Assembly (NCBI GenBank): GCA_965644265.1
Contig: OZ286467.1
Span: 57,412,001 to 57,476,000, forward strand
Direction of reading: 5' to 3'
DNA length: 64,000 nucleotides
Source: Glycera tridactyla
Lineage: Eukaryota
Shown here: one piece after another, positions 14,732-27,500 of the stretch
Numbering within the stretch: the stretch's first letter is position 1
Layout of the letters: every line of letters begins with the position of its first letter
Notes under the pieces: model-generated
Seen by the model: only the letters and a program-made list of their open reading frames with translations
What the model was told of the DNA's origin: nothing
Databases searched by the model: none
Program-made: the position numbers and the translations under genes

Positions 14732-15539
14732 CGTGGATGTGGATGGGTAAGCTATGTAACGACGCAACAGATGATGTACTCAGACAACAAACAAAACCAC
14801 AAATCACCGATCAAGAGAGGTGTCAACCGCTCTACAGCGTACCTTGTGAGAAAATGAAACTCGGACATATGATAACACGTGTGTTGACAATCATGCCGAT
14901 CTTATCTATGGCCCTCCCTCCCCTATACTACAATTCCATATTCTATATTTCTTATGAACACGAAAGCAGGTTAGGTTCATTTCATGTCATCCATATTGAA
15001 AAAATATGTAAACACTAAATTCCAATAAATGATGAATATCAAGATATACGTCAATAAGTTTACTGCGAATGAAGAAAAGCAGTGGAGAGGGTAAGCACGA
15101 GTCCTCGAAAAGTATCAATATAGCCACGTGGTTTGCGAGGCGACCCCGGTTGAATCCATTTAGAGGAAGGTGAAGAGGGTCAGTCCCTGACTTCCCTAAT
15201 TAAGAAAACTTTGATAATTTTTGGGGTTTTCCCGCAGATTATCATGCCTGGACAAAACCTTGAGTCCACATCATGAATCCACTTAATATCTGTATAATAT
15301 ATAGAGCGGATGAGTCTATTTTCTCTAGCAGTTCTGTGCTCGGATCAGACCCTCTCCCCCTCGATGACCTACATCCGGGCAGTTAGTCTCATTTTCCCGC
15401 GTTAACGAGGTCAATCGTCGCACTTCCCAGCGACACCGCGTGGCCGACGCGCTTTTCTTAAAATTTGCGCACATTGTGCATGTTGGTTGTTGATTCTTTG
15501 TGAATTCTCTGCATCGCAACTGATTAGAGAAGCTACGAA
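14732..15539. promoter_or_regulatory. Putative bidirectional promoter region between the divergent DMGDH and BHMT start codons
   Basis: 808 bp between ATG 14731 (-) and ATG 15540 (+); locally CpG-richer than the introns; E-box CACGTG 15125-15130 and E2F-like TTTCCCGCG 15393-15401. TSSs not determinable from sequence. Confidence 0.6.
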
Positions 15540-18500
15540 ATGGTGAGTTCTAGATCCAATATTTCGCCAATCGGTGAACGTTGCAGGTAGTACTTGGGGC
15601 GAATCGAAACTTCTTTCCGATAGAGAAAGTTACAAAAATATTCCAGTGCCAGCCGCTGTCGATGCAAGGTCAAAAAGGTAACCCTTGAGGTAACCTTATT
15701 AAGATAGCTGGACCACAGGGTCGGTACGTCATCCCTGTTGTCAGTTACCGACTTGAGGGGTTATTTCAGGCAGAAGGATGGATCTAGGGGTGAATATATC
15801 GCCATTGACTAGTCTGGATCCTGCAGGAGGATGGTCACTGGGGTCAGATATCCTAGGTCAGATTCACTGTCAGACTGGAGGCCTGTTTGGACCAAGGATT
15901 AGTGAGGACAACGGGTTTTGGTCATTTCAGGAAATCTTATGCAAACTAGATATCACTATAAAGAATAAATGAAAAGAAACACAACACTGCAAAAATCATG
16001 TTCATACACCAATTATTAAGGACGATATTGCCTTTTTTCAAAAATTCACAAGTGAGACTTTTCTGCCGATTTTGAGATAGATTTGGATTTTGGGTTTCCC
16101 TTTCAAAGACCCCTGAAATATTTTGGAAAAACACAGTTCTTTGACATCTGGTGAAAGCCTGAAGCAAGACCTTGACATAAGGGAATAATTAACATGTTAA
16201 TTTATGGCTGAGATATAGCCTCCTGAATAGCAAACCAGGACACCATTTTAAGTGGTGTCCTAGTTTGTTGCCGTAAATTTCAAATCTCTCTCGCAAAAAA
16301 AAAAACATAAAATCTTCTGGCATGCCATACATATTTGGTATCAGCTGAAAGCTTGGAAAAAGAACTCAATACCAGTGAAGGATTCAAAATCCCAAGCCCC
16401 TAATTTTAAATATTCAGAAAACCATACATATTTGGTACCAGCTGAAAGCTTGAAGCAGCACCCTGTTATTTCTGAAAGAATTAGCCTGATATGTTCATTT
16501 ATGGCAGAGTTACAGCCATTTGAATAACTGTAGCGCGCAAGGGGGCCTGGCTATCGTACCCCTCGGAACCAAGCTCTCTTCTAAGACTCAGCCCCTGTCG
16601 TGGAATCTGTGCGCCCCGTGTCTCAGGGACTCACCACGGGATACGACACCACTCACAGCACTGACGCTCTTGGCCGTCTCGTCCAGGCAAGGTCACCAAA
16701 GATATGACCTCGCCAGACTCCACCAGCTCGGAGTCTCACACCAGCAAGCCAACAAGACTGTCGGCACATGATGGCAAACTCCACACGCTCGGAGTCTCTC
16801 GAGATAAAGCCACACGTTTCAGGCTCCACACAGATGTAGACCCTGCAAGTCCAGAGTCCGAGAATCCTGTAGACAACCCTGTACAAGCAACTACCACTAC
16901 TTCCCCTTGCCACAACACAGCTTATGAAAGAAAAGGGTTCGACACCGTAGTTAAACAATGCTGACTCGTTTATTCCTAGCTTCATAACGTTATCAGAGAT
17001 GACACAACACACGATAAACAGACAATTCCCACTGCCACTGCCATGACGCTTCAGAAACACTATTTACAGCTCAACACCGGACAATACAACTCTTCCTACA
17101 CAACAATACACGATGAGCTATCCACAATTTACAGCTCAACACAGACGATACCATTCTTCGAGTACACTAAACACTAAGCTGTCAATAAATACCTCCCCAA
17201 AAGAATCACCACCCCTGCCACTCGTAGACACACCAATCCCACTTATTTGCCCTCCCTACTCTCTCTTTCCCATATAAGAAATAACACACTGATGAGCCAG
17301 AGTGGCAGAGCCCCTGATAAATACCCAAGTCTACCGAGGCTTCCCTGACCCCACCGACTAGACAATTCACCCTACTCACTGAACTCCCTGAATCACATCC
17401 CAACGACAGCTTCCTACTACAATACACAAACTAACACACAGATACAGATGTGTGACCACATTCGGCACACCACAACTCAGCTTCACTACTATTCATAATA
17501 CACAGACGATGACACTACACCACTACAAGCATGTGACCACATTTGGGCACACCACAACACAAGACGTGACTTTATCATATCAAGCAACCCAATCCCACTG
17601 ATCATCCCGACCCACTCTTGCTCTCCCTATATAACACGAAATCTACCACTGGATTGCTGATATTACCAAGCCTGGGACAACCCTCTCAACACTCCAAACT
17701 CACATTGAACGACACAACTATGACACACTTTTGCTGGTTCAAGAGACTTATGAGCGATATGTTTGAAAGTGACTGCACCTTCCACACTGTCAAAGGCTTA
17801 TGCACTCAATCAAGTGAAAGGGGGGGGGGGATATATATTTGGAGTGATAACTCCAGCCAAACTGTCCCATGGATACATTCACCAAAGGCACAAACAGGTA
17901 CATGTGTATACACAGTATATATGTACTGATACAGGCTGACACAGGCTGATACTCGACTGGTGATTACAATAACAGGCAGACTTTCCTTATTGAACTGCTT
18001 GTGCTATTATGCTAATACAATATAAATGAGTCTTCTTTTGCTTGATGAACTATTTACTACAATACTACACTGCTAACATATAAAAGAGACTCTCTGTGCC
18101 TAGGAACTAGGTGAACTCCTACACTGCTAACATATAAATGGGGCTTGTTATATAAAAATGCTAAACCTTATGCAGTCAAATCAGGTGTGCATTACTTCCA
18201 AAAATTAGCACAGATGCCTCACAGACACCTCAGATAAACAGCCCACACAGGCCCAAATGGTGGTTTCATGCACAGCTGACTGACTACATAAAGAAACTAA
18301 AAGCGTATTGAATGGCCACACAGCTCAGAGTGAACACAGGCAGCACACTGAAATTGCATAAATTCACCCATGCGCAGTGCATGAATACTGCATGAAGTGG
18401 CCCACTGAGCAGGGGCTCCACCTTCAACAAGGCTGAACTGATGCAACAAATGGCTTGCCATACTTATAATTCAGATCAAAGGCAAAACCAGCTGGGCACT

Positions 18501-21500
18501 GGCAATAAACTTTGCAGCTGGGCAAAACTAGTTAAGCCAAGTACTTCAGCATAGCTGTAAATACATGTGGGCCACAGCTGAGAACTCAACTCATTCATTC
18601 CCAGTTAACTTTCAGGTGTGAATGATGGTGATTCATTTGTCAACAAAGAGCTGTCAAACTAAGTTTACCTATGGCAGGCCGACTGTCACAATTGGGGGGG
18701 CTACTCTAAATCGACCTCTGATCTATAACAGGGCTGAACCAGAACTGAGGTACTTTGAGTGGACTCAGGGCTTTTATACCTGCGTTTGAGTCGAATGAGT
18801 CGACAATTTTGACACTAAATGAGGCGCCGAGTCGATCGAGCTTCTTGAGTCGTTGTCAAGCGACTCAGGAGCTCGATCTTGACTCAGCAGAAACTGGCGA
18901 ATTTCAGCCAATCAGAAGCCCGGAAACTATTCAGTGCGGGACCACACGCTGACAAGATGGATGCCGCCATTTCATACTAAAACGCAGGTTAAATGCGATT
19001 TATAGAGAAAATCATCGCTGTCAGCGACTTTTAGCACTGCAGACTTGTGAAACAAGCGCTGGCGAATACACAGGGTAAGTTTGACGACAGTTGACTGTAT
19101 AGTTTAGCGATAAGCGCGATCGCAACCTTGGCGGCGGCAAAACACGCGTGTATCGACATTGACAAGTGACAGCTGTCACTGCGAGTCGCCACATAACAAT
19201 CCAGGATGAAAGCTCCATTTTTTTGGGGTGCTGACGAGGTATAGTGTTTTGCTTTGTGGTTTGGGGCAATGTTGGGCAACATGCCACTTGCACATTCAGC
19301 ACATCATTTTTTTCTACAGAATCTGGGCTTTCTGAAAAAACATCCTTTCACTATCCTTTCGGGCACTGCATCAAGGTGAAAAAATGCTCTAAACATTGGG
19401 AAAGTTTGAGGCATGATGCCACTATATACAGAGGCAGAAACTCAACAAAATTCACATTCAGTGAGAGTGCATCAAGTTCTGAGTGTGATTGGCTTGGTTT
19501 CCATCCCATAATCAGGAAATCCAATGATTAGTGATACTTAAAATGAGACCTGCTTCAATCTGAAATCAAGATGTCAGCCCCCATGCTGGATTGAATTTTC
19601 ACTGACACCCCATGTTTGGGCACCCAGATTTCACCAGAACAATACAGAATTAATCTAACTAAGGCACGAATCAAGTGGGCAACATCTAAAGTGTGTTCTG
19701 AGCAAATTTCGTGGCAATCGGATGAAAACTCTCGATGCAATCAGCAATTCACATGGAGCATTTTAACATGGTGACATAGGGATCGCGGAATCGGCGATAT
19801 CGTTGGCCTCGCTACAAGGATGGGATGGCATGTGACCAAGGAGGATCATTCACACATACACACTCCAGAGTGGGGTTGTTTGCTACACAATATTTCAGGG
19901 GGCCCACAACAGAAAACAGTCAAACCTGTCTATAAAGACCGCCTTCAGTCGCATCAAAAAGTGGTCTTTATGGGCAGGTGGTCTCTATAGAGAGGTCATT
20001 TACTGTTGAAAATACTACCACGGTCGCAGCTCAGGTGGTCTTTATAGAGAGGTGGTCTTTATAGAGGTTGACTTTGGAGCAGGTTTGACTAGTTGAGAGG
20101 CGAGAGTCCGTTTGCAGCACTAAAGTGGCAAATACCCCCTCAAAATTGGCCTTTCTTAAACACTGATTTGTCCAGGCCCTGCATTCAAAATATTCTTTCA
20201 TCACCTCTGGTATTGTATAATTCAATACAGTAAAACCTGTCTTGGGAGACCGCCCCAAATGCCAATGAAAAGTGGTCTCAAGACAGGTGGTCTCTCATTG
20301 GAGGTATATTTGACTATGTCAAATAGAGAAAAGCTGTGCTGCTAAAACATGGAATGACCATGTTAAAGAGTTTCCAGATGCAATAAACATGGACAATGAC
20401 GTTTTTAAGCGGCATTTAAAGAATCTACGGTTCTAGTAAACTGACAACCATTCCGCAATATTTCGCAATATTTCGTAAAATAAAATGAAACCTGGTCAAG
20501 CGACCTCTACATTGTAGAAATATATTTACCATAGAAATAGATTCCCATATTTTCTGTATTTTAATACCTATAACTGCTTCATTCAATCATTATTGTTTCA
20601 GTGCGATGTTGATGTTGATGCTGATGCTGATGTTGATGTTAACGTTAATGTTGATGTTAATGTTGATGGTAATGTTAATGTTGATGTTCATATGATGTTA
20701 ATGTTAATATCAATGGCTGTGTTCTTGCTGACCTATGTCCGTGGTCTGTATCAATCAACTGTTTCAACAGTACCTGGGTAATATTCAACTTGACTAAAAT
20801 TCAATTCAATTCAACTCAACTCAACCTTACTTTTCCAGTTGAATCAAATTAAATTCATTAACTTCATACTACTGTATTTCTGTGCAAAAGTAATTAAATG
20901 AACCTGAGCGTCCTATATAAGATTACAATACCATATCTTCTATATACGACTAAGTCCTCATTGTGAATGTGTGTACGCGAACTGAAGGTACGGACAATAT
21001 CATTGGTATACTATGGTCTAGCGTATGTCATGAACAATATCTCGATTAATAGATGTTGCTCGAAAATGGGTCTTTCATTTACCATCACATCATTCATGTC
21101 ATCTCATACTCCTTGTACAGTCGAACCTCCCTATAAAGACCGCCTTCGGTCGCACCAAAAAGTGGCTTTATAGGGAGGTGGTCTTTATAGAGAGGTCATT
21201 TACTGTAGAAAATACTACCACGGTCGCAGTTCAGGGTGGTCTTTATAGGGAGGTGGTCTTTATGGAGAGGTGGTCTTTAGAGGAGGTTCGACTGTACATA
21301 TTCATATATCACTCTCATCCTTTGCTTTCGTAGTTTATGTATTGTATTGTAGTGTCTTTCGTCATCCTGAAGATGAGCACTGTTTTATGCACGTGTTTAA
21401 TTGTATTATGACGAATCAAAATAAACTGTTAAAATCAAAAAATAAAGAGCGGTCTCCCATTAGAGGGCGGTCTCCCAAAAGAGGGGTCTCCCAAGACAGG

Positions 21501-24500
21501 TTTTACTGCAATATAGGTGGAATTGTCACAACACACCTGTGCATGGCATGGGTCTGGCGTGGTGTCTATACTTGCAGCAGTGGCAGAGTTTTCAGATTGA
21601 CGGTCATCGCTTCTGTTCCCATCGTCTTGTGAGATAGAATATCTCAACCATTATAACCTTGTGCACTAATCCTCGATCTATGTCTTTTAGGGTTCTCAGG
21701 AGAGGAAAGGTATTTTGGAGCGACTTGCTGAAGGCCCAGTTATTGGTGATGGTGGTTTTGTGTTTGCGCTTGAGAAGCGTGGTTATCTGAAGGCTGGCCC
21801 CTGGACACCGGAGGTCACAGTCGAACACCCAGACGCAGGTAAGATTTGCTGGTGGTGGTGGTTGCTGCGGCGGCAGTGTCATACATTTATCATAGTGACA
21901 TATGTTCCTGTGACATTTCTCATTGGATGGATCATTCATCCATTATCAATTGTGTATTGGAGAGATGTGATTGCTTTGCAGACCCATGGATTCTTTATTG
22001 CGAATACTGCAAGCCACACTTGCCTACAGTAGTACTTGGTGCAGTATCCAATCTAGAAATTGACTTGGGGGGGGGGGGGGAGGAATGCCCCCTTTCCGAA
22101 AAAGGGGATGTTCTCAGGAAAATAGGGCATTTTTGGAGGGGAATCTCTCCAGGCGATGCCATGATGTTTCAAATTAATTGTAGAAATGAGCTTGGTAGTG
22201 TGGCCAGGTGAAAACAACTACCCAGGAAATGGAATAGACAATGTAATCTAAATGCATCAGTTGGGCTTTTTGGTGGGGTGAAATGCGCCCCTCCTTCCAG
22301 AAACAAGGGGATTCATGTCAGGTCTGTGGGGTGAATCACCCCAATGCCCGCGCTGGATGAGACACTGCTGTATTGTCTGTCACCTACTGTCTGAAATCTT
22401 CTTGTGGATTGATTATATGAGAAAAAACACAGCTCACAATGGATTTGTTGTCTTGTTCCTATGCAATCTTTTCATGTACATGTATCATTTTTGTGAAACA
22501 AAATATCGTGAGCCAAACATATCCCTGATAATGACATATTTATGATGGCACATGACCTAGCAGCTCTTTCATTCAGCAGTGATATAAGATAAGTGTTGGT
22601 GGTTTGTGCAAGGCCTGGTCTGTTTCTTTCACACCCTACTCATTTACCTGATTTTAGTCCGTGAGCTGCATCGAGAATTTCTTCGAGCCGGGGCTGATGT
22701 TATGCAAGCCCTGACATTCTATGCCAGTGATGACAAGCTCGAAAACCGTGGTAATCTGTCTAAAAGTAAATATTCAGTAAGTATCCACAAAATTCTCTAA
22801 ATTCGAAATCTATGATATTGGAAGCATTCAGTGTGGTGCCTCAGAGGATCACGCTTTCTCTGATATTCTGATGAAAATTGAAATCTTACATTTATTTCTG
22901 GAATTTGTAACAATCGGGGAATTCTGTCAATTCCCCAAATCACCGATTTCCTGACAAGGGAAACAGTATAGGCCTTTCAAGCATTTCACTGCAGATACTG
23001 TGTGGTATTTAATATTTCATACTGCCGAATCCATGCTCTCAAGGTAATCTGACCCATATGTGCTATTTGTGCATATCATATAGGCTATGTGCCCTTTTCC
23101 AACTTTGTGTGCCTTTTAAAATAGAGTCAGGATTGAATATCCCTATGATCAGGGTCTTTATGGCATATCTGAATTGTATGGGACCTCTGACAATCAGATC
23201 TGCGAATTCCTATAGTTTGCATGCTACATGATAGGATTACTTTATACCTGTAATTGTGTTCATTTTATCCGGCTAACGCATTCTCCTTAAGAATAATGCA
23301 CTAAAACTATTGGGGACATCTTGTGGCGAACAAATGAACTACATAGATAGAGTGACATCTGATGAGAGACAGGGGTGCTAATGACTGAATCCATCTGGTG
23401 TTCAGTCACTGAACTGCACTGACATCCATGAAATGGGGTTGGGTGCCATACCATAAATGGGGAATTCCCACTCCTTGTACCCACTGAACCCATCAAAGAG
23501 CCTTATGAGGGTGTGTTAATGCGCCAACTGAGACTGCCCCACCAGATTCCTGACCAGATTCACCAGGGGATAGATATTTCAACCATGTAGAATACATATA
23601 TATATGTATATAGTTGGACCTGTCTACAAAGCCCGCCTTCGCTCGCATCAAAATGTGGTCTTTACAGGCAGGTGGTCTTTATAGACAGCTCATTTACTGT
23701 CGAAAATACTATCATGTTCACAGCTCAGGTGGCTTTTATGGGCAGGTGGTCTTTATAGAGATGTCTCTCAAGCAGGTTCTACTGTATGGAGGCTACATGG
23801 TGTAGGTGGTAGGGGCATCCCCTGCTGCTTCATGAGATATGTTGTACAGCGAAACCTGCGATGAGAGACCATCATTAGGAAGAGGTGGTCTCTTGTCAGA
23901 GGTATATTTGAGATACAGTGCAATGAGAGACCCCCGATCTGAGACCACCTCGGACGGGAGACCGCTTTTGCAGAGCAGATTTTCCATTCGATATAGTCAA
24001 ATATACCCTCTGTTGAGAGACCACTTTTTGGTGACATCTAGGGTGGTCTCTCATTGCAGGTTTCACAGCATATTTGTCAAATAGCGATATTACTTTGAGA
24101 AAGTGTTCCCCCATTGGAGGTGGGCTCTCACCAGGGGGTCTCCTTATGCTTGATATCATGGGCTCCTCATGATCACATATCTACCCCCCCCCCCCTTTCT
24201 GATGGTCTCAAGATCCCTAAATAAATTCAGCTAGAATTAATCAGTTTGGTTGAGTTTAGTGAACTTACTACCTATCAGCTACAAAATTTATCGGTGGAAT
24301 TGGATTTGCTCGGCCAATGGCAGCCTACGCATTGGGGGAGGGTGCTGGCACAGGATATTTTTCATAACCTGGTAAATATTGACTGTGGCAATGGGAGGGT
24401 CTCTGATTGGAATCACTAGCATTAACCTGAAAAGCTGGAAAAAGAGACAGTTCTTTTACATATCTTGGATTTACATATCTAAGATCTGCATACCTGATGA

Positions 24501-27500
24501 GAGATCTCTGAATCCCATTCTAACGAAAATATAAGTAAATTTGGTCATAAAGGGGTTAATTACTGGAAAAAATCCATGGGTACCCATGCTGAATTTTGGA
24601 TGTATCATAACACAATACTGCATCAGTGTACTGGTCAAATTTGAAGTGGGTTCCATGTCAAAATAAATTTTGAGAGTCAAATTCAATCTATTTTTGCATA
24701 TTTTACGACATTTTTCCATATAATTTTGACAATATTTTGGATTTTCAGCTAGATAAACCATGTTTTCTGTCACTGAGCATGTTCGTGAGATATTGTACCA
24801 TCATTGTAAGCTGGAATATACATGAAAAATACATATATGATGTCAAAATAGGACCCAATTGACATGTCATCCAATAGGCTAATATTTGTGAAATGACCAC
24901 CAGATGGAGTGGTCATAGCAGAGAGGTTAGCATGGGTACCTATGTATTTTATTTCAGAAATCCAATTTAGAGCACCATAGCAACAATTCTGCAAAGTAAC
25001 AAGCAGTTTCCATGTCATTTTTGAATTGTGTGTATTATCCTTAATTCAAATTTCCCGCCATTCAAGTGGGCGCCACATTCATCCAGTCCACCAGCTGCTC
25101 ATTGTGTATAAATGGCCAGGATAGGGATATCTTACTCTCAAAACCCAATCATTAAACATGTGAATTTCACTTATGAATCACTAGATTATACAATTGAATG
25201 CTTTAATGCCTCCCAAGATTAAAATGCTTCAACGTATACCCATGATGTTCAATCGAATATCAATTCAAAATGAAATAAAGTAAAATAAGATAAAAGGTAG
25301 AGAGTATTCATATCATTGGCAGTATCAAACCTGATAGAGAGTCAACATCAATCATGATCTGGCAAGAAAACTCTTGAAGTAGGAGCCATTTTCATGAAAA
25401 GTAGACCCATTAGGAGCTTTCCAAGTAATCCATTCAAAGCAGACAGGCCTTCACAACAACCCTACCAGATTTCATAGGAATCAAAGCAGGTTATCATCAT
25501 CAATTGGCTGCTTGAAAAAAGTGTTAAAATTTGTGCCATTTTTTGTCATCTAAACTGCAGTCCCAAACGAGAGTGGTAAGAAGAAGAATGCCCGCAAGGC
25601 AGGCATCCTTAAAAAGATGTGTTGGATTTGCTGTACATGACTTGTGCGGGAATGGATGTTATGCAAGAATAAACAAGTTGTGTTGTTGTTCCCAGGGTAG
25701 TGCTATAAATCAAGCTGCATGTGATCTTGCACGGAGTGTCGCCAACGAGGGTGATGCCTTGTTTCTCGGTGGCATCTGTCAGACACCAACCTATCTATCT
25801 GGCAAAGGAAAAGAGGCAGTGCAAGCTGAGTTTCGCCGACAAATTCAGGTGTTTGTTGAAAACAGTGTGGATTTCTTGCTATGTGAGGTGAGCAGTGATA
25901 AACCCTTGATATGTAGACAATTCTTTTTGTTCCCCCAGTATCCTATTTTCTTCATTCTCTTGTGTGGTCACTAGGGGTGTGCATCAAAATTCATGAGTAA
26001 TTTGTAGGATCGATACTGGTGGTTGATTGAATCCTTGCAAATGTAAGTCAACAATCAGTAGAAAATTATTGATTATGCCTTTGTACATCAAGCTCAGTGC
26101 ATATGAGTTGTAATTTTTTGTACCTGATGGTTCTGAAAAATGTATGTACTGGATTGATTTTGATACTGTGAATATAGAAAATCAGTTCCATTGACACATA
26201 TACATGTACAGTGGAACCTGCTCTAAAGACCACCTCTCTATAGAGACCACCTCTCTATAAAGACCACCCTGAGCTGCGACCGTGATGGTATATTCAACAG
26301 TAAATGACCTCTCTATAAAGACCACCTGTCTGTGAAGACCACTTTTTGATGCGACCGAAGGCGGTCTTTATAGACAGGTTCGACTGTATATTTATTCAGA
26401 CTCAGTACCGCAGGAAGCAGGGAAGTGCATATTCCCTATATTGTTTCAGAGCTGCATCCAGGCCGTGCCTTGGCGGGATTTATGCGAAAAAACGAACATT
26501 GGCACGATTCGAATATGACTGCGTGCCAACCGCTACGCTTTTGTCCACGCGATTCGACAAGTAAACTGCGCCACAAACCTGTATCACATCATGTTTAATC
26601 GGATAAAATCCGGCGATATGACTCGCGGCAGCCATTGCGCAAGGTGCGAAGACGACGGCGATTTGTCTTCTCAATTTTGATTGACTCGTAGAAAGGTGAC
26701 CGGTCGATCTCGGCCAATCAGCGCCCGCGTTTCAAATGGCTTCAAACTGCACAGTTCGCCGAATATCCGTCAGATGGCGAACATTCATCGAATAAAATGA
26801 CTTTTTGCAGTGCCACCCAATGTTCCACTGCGATAGTCGGAACTAATGGTGGGTTGGAGAAGGATCACGTTTTGGCGGGTTTGTTGGCCCCAATTTTTCA
26901 AGATTTGCGCAATTTTTTCAAAGATAGGGGCCAATTGGCCCGAAATTGGCCCCACTTGAGGAATTCCTGGATGCAGCTCTTGTTTGTTGTAGCAAAATTC
27001 TTCTGAGGGGGATTTTCCACCTCCGGAAATCATGAGATCAGATATAAGTCTTATGTTTGCATGTTGCATTGCAGTACTTTGAACATATCGAAGAGATGGA
27101 ATGGGCGATTGAAGTATGTAAGGAGACCGGGAAGACTGTTGCTGCCACCATGTGTATTGGGGAAGAAGGAGACTTGCACGACGTATCCGCCGGAGAATGT
27201 GCTATCCGCATGGCCAGAGCTGGTGCGGAGATTGTTGGCGTTAACTGTCACTTTGACCCGGATGGCTGCCTGCGTGCAATGAAAGTGATGAAGAAGGCGC
27301 TTGATGAGGGCGGGCTGAATCCTTTCCTCATGGTCCAGCCCCTCGCCTTTCATACTCCGGATGTTGTCAAACAGGGCTTCATTGACCTGCACGAATTCCC
27401 GTTTGGTGAGTGGTTATGCCATCTCTGCATATGTGATGAGTCAGAGAATTCAATCAGTCATCTTAGGTTCTGTTCACTTAATTACTCACATACCGGTAAG

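Noticed and set aside
15666-15710. Nuclear-receptor half-sites (CAAGGTCAAAAAGGTAA)
   Set aside because: Short motifs occur by chance; no conservation data available.
16653-17060. 135-aa ORF inside the solo LTR
   Set aside because: No retroviral or other motif; non-AUG start; length expected by chance.
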